Assembly: GCA_964016885.1 (NCBI GenBank)
Contig: OZ024746.1
Coordinates: 59,644,001 to 59,708,000, forward strand
Length of the DNA stretch: 64,000 nucleotides
Reading direction: 5' to 3'
Origin: Eledone cirrhosa
Taxonomy: Eukaryota
A model generated the notes under the pieces. It did not search any database. It saw only the letters and a list, made by a program, of their open reading frames with translations, and was not told where the DNA came from. Made by a program: the position numbers and the translations under genes. Positions 55,929 through 64,000 of this stretch are shown piece by piece. Every line of letters starts with the position of its first letter. Position 1 is the first letter of the stretch.

Positions 55929-55989
55929 TATTCTATTATATATATTTCAAGGGTACCAAAACTTTGGCACACCCTCATCAGATAAAATA
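55929..55989 (-). ncRNA. Type I hammerhead ribozyme related to family A
   Basis: Minus strand: tattttat CTGATGA gggtgtgccaa-agtt-ttggtaccctt GAAA tatata TA atagaata. Confidence 0.82.
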
Positions 55990-56200
55990 CAAAGTTTGTT
56001 TTATATATTTTGACATAACCAAGAAAAGATACCTTAACGGTTCAAGTTTTTCTTATATATATATATATATCACTCTCTCTCTCTCTCTCTCTCTCTCGAT
56101 TTAGTCACTGATATTTTCGCCGTGATACACCATTGCAGTTGTATATTTGTGTAGATTAATCTATATCTATATCTATCTAAGATACATATATATATCATTA

Positions 56201-57464
56201 TCTATAAAAGGCAGATTGTTGTTGTTGTGTGTGTGTGCATGTTCCATGTTTATACATTTGCACAATTCCAAACCAATTCGACTCAAAGTCTGTAGGAATG
56301 TTGCAAATGGTCTAACTTAGGTCAACGACTCTTTATTTCATTAAAACTCACCCACACTTACGGAAATAATCGATAAAACTAAAGGCATGACGCTTTATCC
56401 CTCTAATACAATCAGATTTCCTCTCTCTACTCCCCTTCATCAGAGAAAGTTGCATGTATGTAGTTTTATCGAATAGATAATGATGATGATTAAACTTACA
56501 AACTTTAAGAGAGAGAGAACGTTTGTTTTTGAGTGTGGAATGGTCAAACATTTATTTACTTCAATGACAAAGAGAACATTACATTTCATACGAAACAACA
56601 ATTATTCAAAAGCAACAGATAAATTTATTCAACAACAACAAAAATAGCGATAAATCTTTTTTAAAACATCTATCAACGAACGTGGAAGAAAGAAGTATCA
56701 GTTAATTTACTATACACAATAATATCCTCTATGAGGTCACTAAACCTGCTAGAAACAGCAGCTAACTCTCCCCTATATCACACCTCTACCTACTGTCTTA
56801 AATTTAGAAAACATATCCTCTATGAGGTCACTAAACCTGCTAGAAACAGCAGCTAACTCTCCCCCATATTCAAAAGCAAGATAAATTTATTCAACAACAA
56901 AAAAAATAGCAATAAATCTTTTTTAAAACATCTATCAACGAACGTGGAAGAAAGAAGTATCAGTTCATTTACTATACACAATAATATCCTCTATGTGGTC
57001 ACTAAACTTGCTAGAAACAGCAGCTAACTCTCCCCCATATCACACCACTCCCTACTGTCTTAAATTTAGAAAATATATCCTCTATGAGGTCACTAAACCT
57101 GCTAGAAACAGCAGCTAACTCTCCCCCATATCACACCCCTCCCTACTGTCTTAAATTTAGAAAACACACATTAGACAACCATGCAGAACAACTCCATCGC
57201 AGCTCTGTTGTTCAGCTGGCATCGTCTACGCGCGTGTTACGCAAGTACTGTGAAACAATAAATTTCAACACTTCTTTGCACAGAGATAATATCCATAGGC
57301 GAAACTACAATTGTCACTGCTGGCGCAGCTCCTGCTTCGGCAGTCCAGGTCTGCAATTCATTCACCCAGTGCCTGGTAGACAAAAAAGTGCTGCCATAAA
57401 ATGGGTGGTGCAACCTAACTTTGGTAACTTACTGACCCCGAGCAACGCCGGGCTTTAATACTAG
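56201..57464 (+). mobile_element. Non-autonomous Helitron with internal tandem duplications (56605-57165)
   Basis: A|TCTATAAAAGGCAG at the 5' end (approximate); CCCGAGCAACGCCGGG then CTAG|T at the 3' end; four copies of GGTCACTAAAC(C/T)TGCTAGAAACAGCAGC. Confidence 0.75.
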
Positions 57465-57538
<74 letters not shown>

Positions 57539-57741
57539 CTACACATACGCACAATTTCCCTTCTATGTCTATGCTAATGGAGCTATATATATATGTGTGT
57601 GTGTGGTTGTATGCATATATTCATATATATATACATTCCCATACACACATACATACATACTCACATAGATGGTTGCATACATACATTCAACCTTGCCCTA
57701 TCTATGCTATTGGAGCTATATTCATACATATACATATATAA

Positions 57742-57777
<36 letters not shown>

Positions 57778-57788
57778 GTGTGTGTGTG

Positions 57789-57843
<55 letters not shown>

Positions 57844-57875
57844 ATATATATTTACTACATATATATGTGTATGTA

Positions 57876-57921
<46 letters not shown>

Positions 57922-57926
<5 letters not shown>

Positions 57927-58805
57927 ATTTACATATACACAAAATAGACAAAGTCATAGATATATATATATATGTTTTTGGCAACCATTCACGATGTGGC
58001 TCAATGACGAATTAGTTAATTAAATAATCAACAATCAGAGCAATATACAATAACGTATGTCCATAGAATCATTTGATAAGATATATACACCATCTCCTCT
58101 CCCAATCAGCATAATCAACCACACAAAAAAAAACAATTAAACCAGGCTATAAGATTAAAAGGCACCTATGAAGAAATAATAGATAAATAAACGTCAGCCA
58201 TCTATTCACGATCAACAGCTATAGAATATTTACCCAGGACTTCAATAGCACGTGGAAATCGATTAAATATATCGTCAACCATACACAATTAGGTATAAAA
58301 TTAAAGTTAGAAGAAAAAATGTATATAAACATACCAAGATTACGTTTCTACCCCATGGGATTTCATTCGCTTCTGGAAATATCCGATCAAGGATAAATTC
58401 ACGAGCTTCGAAATCATCAGGAAACAAACTCACGTGGACGAAGATTTTTCTTAAATGATCCCCGCCAGAAACGAATTCAAAATGACTAAGAACTGTGACG
58501 TTATAGTGGTCAAGTCAGAAAGCATGTGATTGGTGCCTTACGGCGAGTGGGCTGGTTACTAGAAAGCGCAGCCTAATATTGCCTAAATTGCATCTCAACC
58601 TTATGGGAGATTATCAAATATAAAGATTTACATATACACAAACTAGACAAAGTCATAGATATATATATATATATGTTTTTGGCAACCATTCACGATGTGG
58701 CTCAATGACGAATTAGTTAATTAAATAATCAACAATCGTAGCAATATACAATAACGTATGCCCATAGAATCATTTGATAAGATATATACACCATCTCCTC
58801 TCCCG
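57922..58805 (-). mobile_element. HHR-bearing element with a terminal direct repeat of about 180 bp (57922-58104 and 58621-58804), pseudo-LTR-like
   Basis: Direct repeat AAAGATTTACATATACAC...CCATCTCCTCTCCC; (TA)n at both ends; inverted partial copy at 59951-60282. Confidence 0.8.
58344..58425 (-). ncRNA. Type I hammerhead ribozyme with extended stem II
   Basis: Minus strand: gtttc CTGATGA tttcg...atcc-ttgatc-ggat...cgaat GAAA tcccatgggg TA gaaac; stem III is the perfect palindrome CCCCATGGGG in the sister copy at about 59979. Confidence 0.82.
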
Positions 58806-58809
58806 TTAT

Positions 58810-58855
<46 letters not shown>

Positions 58856-58868
58856 TATATATATATAA

Positions 58869-58960
<92 letters not shown>

Positions 58961-59202
58961 GATATATTAACAAATGGAAACAATATTTATAAAACCATAT
59001 TTATTTCATTATACATATTTCAACGGCTTATTTTAAATCTACTGTGATTTAAACATATGTGACACTAATTTGCATAATAGACTAAATAAATTTAATAACC
59101 CCACTATCCGGGATCTTCCTTTGTTCTGTCCTACGCCATCTTGTTTTTGATGGCGTAGGACAGAACAAAGGAGAGGCACAAAAACAAAGAAAAGAATCCC
59201 CA

Positions 59203-59245
59203 GTCACTGAAGAGGTCACAGAATGTGTGACGAAAGTACTTTGAC
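59203..59245 (+). ncRNA. Minimal hammerhead ribozyme (family B), tail to (TA)n at 59400
   Basis: gtca CTGAAGA g gtcaca-gaatg-tgtgac GAAA gtac TT tgac; palindrome AAGTACTT. Confidence 0.8.
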
Positions 59246-59393
59246 AATATATGAACAATCGTCTGATTGTGGAACCAACCAACCAACCGGAAATTTATAA
59301 ATTCCTAAATTTATAAATTTAATTTATAATAAATTGAAATGAAAGCAACTGGTGCGTGTGTTTCTTATTGGCATCATGACCCTCCCAAAGCAT

Positions 59394-59471
<78 letters not shown>

Positions 59472-59475
59472 ATAT

Positions 59476-59576
<101 letters not shown>

Positions 59577-59593
59577 AGAAAAACATATATATA

Positions 59594-59647
<54 letters not shown>

Positions 59648-59682
59648 TGTGAGAAAAACCACAGACCCTCCATCTCAACTCA

Positions 59683-59720
59683 CCTTTTGAAAAGCAGAAG
59701 AACTGCGAAACCGGTAAAGG
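59683..59720 (+). ncRNA. Minimal hammerhead ribozyme with U3-A8 variant core (family C)
   Basis: cctt TTGAAAA gcag-aagaa-ctgc GAAA ccgg TA aagg; all three stems pair; GUA site. Confidence 0.75.
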
Positions 59721-59852
59721 AACCAAATAAATATATATATTTTTTAAAAAAAATAAGACTTCAGTTGCATTCTCGATTTCATCCCTTTTTCTTTATACTT
59801 CCACTCGTGTAGGACACCTCGGTTATTTTTCATTTTGTAAAAAAAACCTCAC

Positions 59853-59944
<92 letters not shown>

Positions 59945-59950
59945 GTATAT

Positions 59951-60282
59951 GATCGGATATTTCCAAAAGCGAATGAAACCCCATGGGGTAGAAACGTAAT
60001 CCTGGTATGTTTATATACATTTTTTGTTCTAACTTTAATTTTATACCTAATTGTGTATGGTTGACGATATATTTAATCGATTTCCACGTGCTATTGAAAT
60101 GCTGGGTAAATATTCTATAGCTGTTGATCGCGAATAGATGGCTGTCGTTTATTTACCTATTATTTCTTCATAGGTGCCTTTTAATCTTATAGCCTGGTTT
60201 AATTGGGTTTTTTGTGTGGTTGATTATGCTGATTGGGAGAGGAAATGGTGTATATATCTTATCAAATGATTCTATGGACATA
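59951..60282 (+). mobile_element. Truncated inverted copy of the 58 kb element, beginning at the HHR stem II loop
   Basis: Starts GATCGGATATTTCC...GAATGAAACCCCATGGGGTAGAAAC directly after (TA)n. Confidence 0.85.
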
Positions 60283-60289
60283 ATTTATA

Positions 60290-60328
<39 letters not shown>

Positions 60329-60477
60329 TTCATTCAAGCTCTGTGTATGTATGCTAATGGAGCTATATACCAATATTTTGGTAGATATTTGATTCTAGCA
60401 CTTCATGACATAAACATGCATAGATAGCACCTGATATATATATATCTAGAAAGAACTGGAAATATTGTTATTATATT

Positions 60478-60478
60478 T

Positions 60479-60514
<36 letters not shown>

Positions 60515-60932
60515 ATTTTTATTGGTGTTGTTGTTGTTATTTTTATTGTTGTTGTTGTTGTTGTTATTATCATCATCATCACCCTCATCATCATCACCAG
60601 CATCATCTTCATCATCACCAGCACCATCATCATCATCACCATCATCACCATCACCATGGTCATCATCGTCATCATCGCCATCACCACCATCATCATCATC
60701 ACCACCATCATCATCACCACCATCACCACCATCATCATCATCATCATCACCATCATCATCTGCATCGTCACCATCACCATCACCATCATCATCACCACCA
60801 TCATCATCATCACCATCATCATCATCACCATCGTCATCATCACCGCCACCATCATCACCACCATCACCACCATCATCATCATCACCATCACCATCATCAT
60901 CACCATCATCACCATCATCTGCATCATCATCA
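60478..60932. repeat. (TTG)n followed by (CAT/CAC)n trinucleotide repeats
   Basis: Seen directly. Confidence 0.95.
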
Positions 60933-60964
60933 ACGTTGTCATTCTTCTACATCGTATAGCAATC

Positions 60965-61083
60965 ATTCTGAGTTCAAATCCCGCCGAGGTTAACTTTACC
61001 TTTCATCCTTACGGGGTCTATAAAATAAAGTACCAGTAATACACTGGGTAATTGCTGGCTTGTGCCAAAAGTAGAAACAATTA
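60965..61083 (+). mobile_element. SINE S2, 5'-truncated
   Basis: S2 core. Confidence 0.85.
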
Positions 61084-61257
61084 TTATAAATATTATTGTT
61101 GTTATTCTGATAACCTACAGTGATAATATACCGCACCCCTCCTCCGTTCCTTTCCTTGCCCTTCACATCTCCCTGAGTTTGTCTGTTATTTACCATTCTG
61201 TGTGTTGTGTTTTTAGAAAGAAAATATTGAAGATCAACAAAATGTATATATATTAGC

Positions 61258-62278
61258 TATTATATATATAAAAGCAAGTCGGTCTGTGTGTGTGTCTGTG
61301 TGTGTGTCTGTGTGTGTGTCTGTCTGTGTACAAATACTAGGCTTTTTTAAACTTTTGAAGTACTAGGCCGATTTCAACCAAATTTGGCACACATGTTGCT
61401 TATATGCCAGAGCAGGTTTTAGACAAAAACAAATTTGAAACAAAATCGATATTGGGGCAGAAAAATCGATTTTGTGTGTGTATCTGTCTGTGTACAAATA
61501 CCAGGCTCCTTTTAACTTTTGAAGTACTAGGCCGATTTGCTTCAAGGAATGATATTTCTATGTCCAGTGGATGGTCAGCGTGGTAGTGGCAGCGCCATCT
61601 TACGCATAGGGTTTAGTCTACTGAAGGACATACGGTGCGCCTATTCCATCTTTATCCCCTTACCCATACCTACTGCAGCAAGGCCGGACCTGAAATCATT
61701 CACGTCAATTAACTCAAGCTACCCCTTGAATTGTTTTTATGTTGCCGTTTATTTCACTCAATCATGTCACTGTACACCCATTTTGTTAAACTTTTTTTTA
61801 CAATTACATTTCAATTCTTTGCTCAACCTTTGGCTCTCTTTATACGGACAAACAGGCTGTTATTCATTTCCCGAGCAACGCCGGGTACATCTGCTAGTCT
61901 ATATATATAAAAGCAAGTCGGTCTGCGTGTGTGTCTGTCTGTGTACAAATACTAGGCTCCTTTTAACTTTTGAAGTACTAGGCCGATTTCAACCAATGTT
62001 GCTTATATGCCAGAGCCTGTTTTGGACAAAACTAAACGATATTGGAGCCGAAAAATCGATTTTGTGTGTGTATCTGTCTGTGTACAAATACTAGGCTCCT
62101 TTTAACTTTTGAAGTACTAGGCCGATTTGGCACGTGCTATTGAGGCGACCTCTCATTGGCTAGCCAATTAGCTGACATAAGCTGACATGCACTCAGAAAT
62201 TGCTAGCTAAGCCATAAACGACCTTGAAGAATTCAGGCTGTCATTCATTTCCCGAGCAACGCCGGGTACATCTGCTAG
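61258..62278 (+). mobile_element. Two non-autonomous Helitrons head-to-tail (junction 61897/61898)
   Basis: TATATATAAAAGCAAGTCGGTCTG 5' ends; CCCGAGCAACGCCGGGTACATCTGCTAG 3' ends at 61897 and 62278. Confidence 0.85.
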
Positions 62279-62412
62279 TTATATATATATATATATTACA
62301 TAGAAACAATTATATATATATATTAGCTATTATATATATATATTACATATATTGTATATTCCATAGTATCTTTCTCTACATTTCTCCATGTGGCTATAGT
62401 TTTTCAATACAC

Positions 62413-62605
<193 letters not shown>

Positions 62606-62633
62606 ATGTGTGCGTGTATAGGTATACCTATAC

Positions 62634-62755
<122 letters not shown>

Positions 62756-62788
62756 CAAAATATAAATATATCATTATATATATATTAA

Positions 62789-62864
<76 letters not shown>

Positions 62865-63154
62865 ATTTAAGCACTTAAGCACTCACAAGGCAACATTCAG
62901 TTTTTTTATTCCTGTGAAAATATTCCTTTTTATCTTTACAGTTCGATTGTCAATATTAATGAAAGAGCGAAAGAAACTAAAAAACCAAGGGAAGTTGGTG
63001 ATGGTTGCTGAGGTATATGTAAAGCCCTGAACTACATAACCCTAAACATAAAGCTATAGCGCACTCATATTAAAGGTTTTTAATGATATCATCAGAAACT
63101 ACATGGAAATGTGTAATAACACGTATTGAACTATGAGTACCAGTCTGTATACAA

Positions 63155-63945
63155 TTATGGCAGTATCGGTAGAGAGTCGGACACCATGCTTTGACGCATA
63201 GAGTTACGGCCCTTGCCATTCTGATTTCAAATTCCGCCGAGGTTAACTTTGCTTTTCATCCTTACGGGGTCGATAAAATAAAGTACCAGTAATACACTGA
63301 GTAATTGCTGCCCTTGTGCCAAAAGTAGAAACAATTATTACTCTGAAATCAAACGTGGGAGTTATCTGCCTTCCAGTAGACGTGGTAATGAAATATGTCA
63401 ATATATGTAGACCCAGGTGGATAATAAAACACCTGGGAGATATCTGCCCTCCAGTAGATGTGGTAATGAACTACATCAATATATATAGACCCAGGTCGAA
63501 AACAAAACACCTGGAAGGTACCTGCCCTCCAGTAGACGTGGTAATGAAATATGTCAATATATGTAGACCCAGGTGGAAAATAAAACTTGAGTAGAAGAGG
63601 ACGAAGACATAGAATCAAACATTGTAAATACCACCATAAGATGTAAGGTGAATAATGGTTTCTTATATAGGCACAAGGCCGGGATAAGGATGAAAGGCAA
63701 AGTTAATCTCGGCAGGATTTGAACTCAGATCATAAAGCACCGTAACTTGATGCTGCAAAGCATGGCGTCCGACCCTCTACTGAAACTGTCAATTCACCGC
63801 CCTGTGTAAGGTGAATATAGTATTAGAGTATTATAGTATTTTCGCCTTTGTTAGTTCCCATTATAGATCTGGTCTGACGTTGTTTCTCTTTAGTGAAATT
63901 TGAAATATCGAACTCAATGATTTTTTAGAATTCTCCTAAATACTT
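63155..63945. mobile_element. S2 SINEs (63155-63338 +, 63660-63800 -) with an approximately 79-bp tandem repeat (3 copies, 63357-63590)
   Basis: S2 core; unit CTGCC(C/T)TCCAGTAGA(C/T)GTGGTAATGAA; segment is homologous in inverted orientation to 45415-46120. Confidence 0.8.
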
Positions 63946-64000
63946 TTTAAAGCAAGTCAAACAAAATAGCGGTGTGTGTCTGATAGACGAATGACTCTGG

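Noticed and set aside
56725-57165. CTATGAGG...GAAAC repeats as possible ribozymes
   Set aside because: Core and stems do not fit; treated as tandemly duplicated repeat fragments.
60403-61039. Met-, Ser/Pro- and Ile/Thr-rich ORFs
   Set aside because: Products of (CAT/CAC)n repeats.

Overview
AT-rich, microsatellite-saturated animal DNA with no recognisable host gene. The repeat complement suggests a cephalopod, probably Octopus (inference). Protein-coding content is all transposon-derived: a near-intact Tx1-clade non-LTR retrotransposon (28.8-34.5 kb, minus strand) with two further copies, all at (GATA)n tracts; a decayed CsRn1-type Gypsy LTR element (11.0-15.7 kb); a Helitron helicase pseudogene plus tandem non-autonomous Helitrons; R4/Dong-like, RTE, mariner and Penelope-like (GIY-YIG) remnants; SINEs and MITEs. 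The main unannotated signal is non-coding. Reading by eye gives about 16 type I hammerhead ribozyme (HHR) motifs from roughly 8 sequence families, plus several half-ribozymes. They sit in short elements that end in (TA)n tracts. Many form fold-back palindromes whose axis lies in or just upstream of the ribozyme, and one family has a compensatory U3-A8 catalytic core. All folds were derived by hand; none was tested computationally or experimentally. Most ORFs in the track ([12 protein letters not shown]) are microsatellite artefacts.
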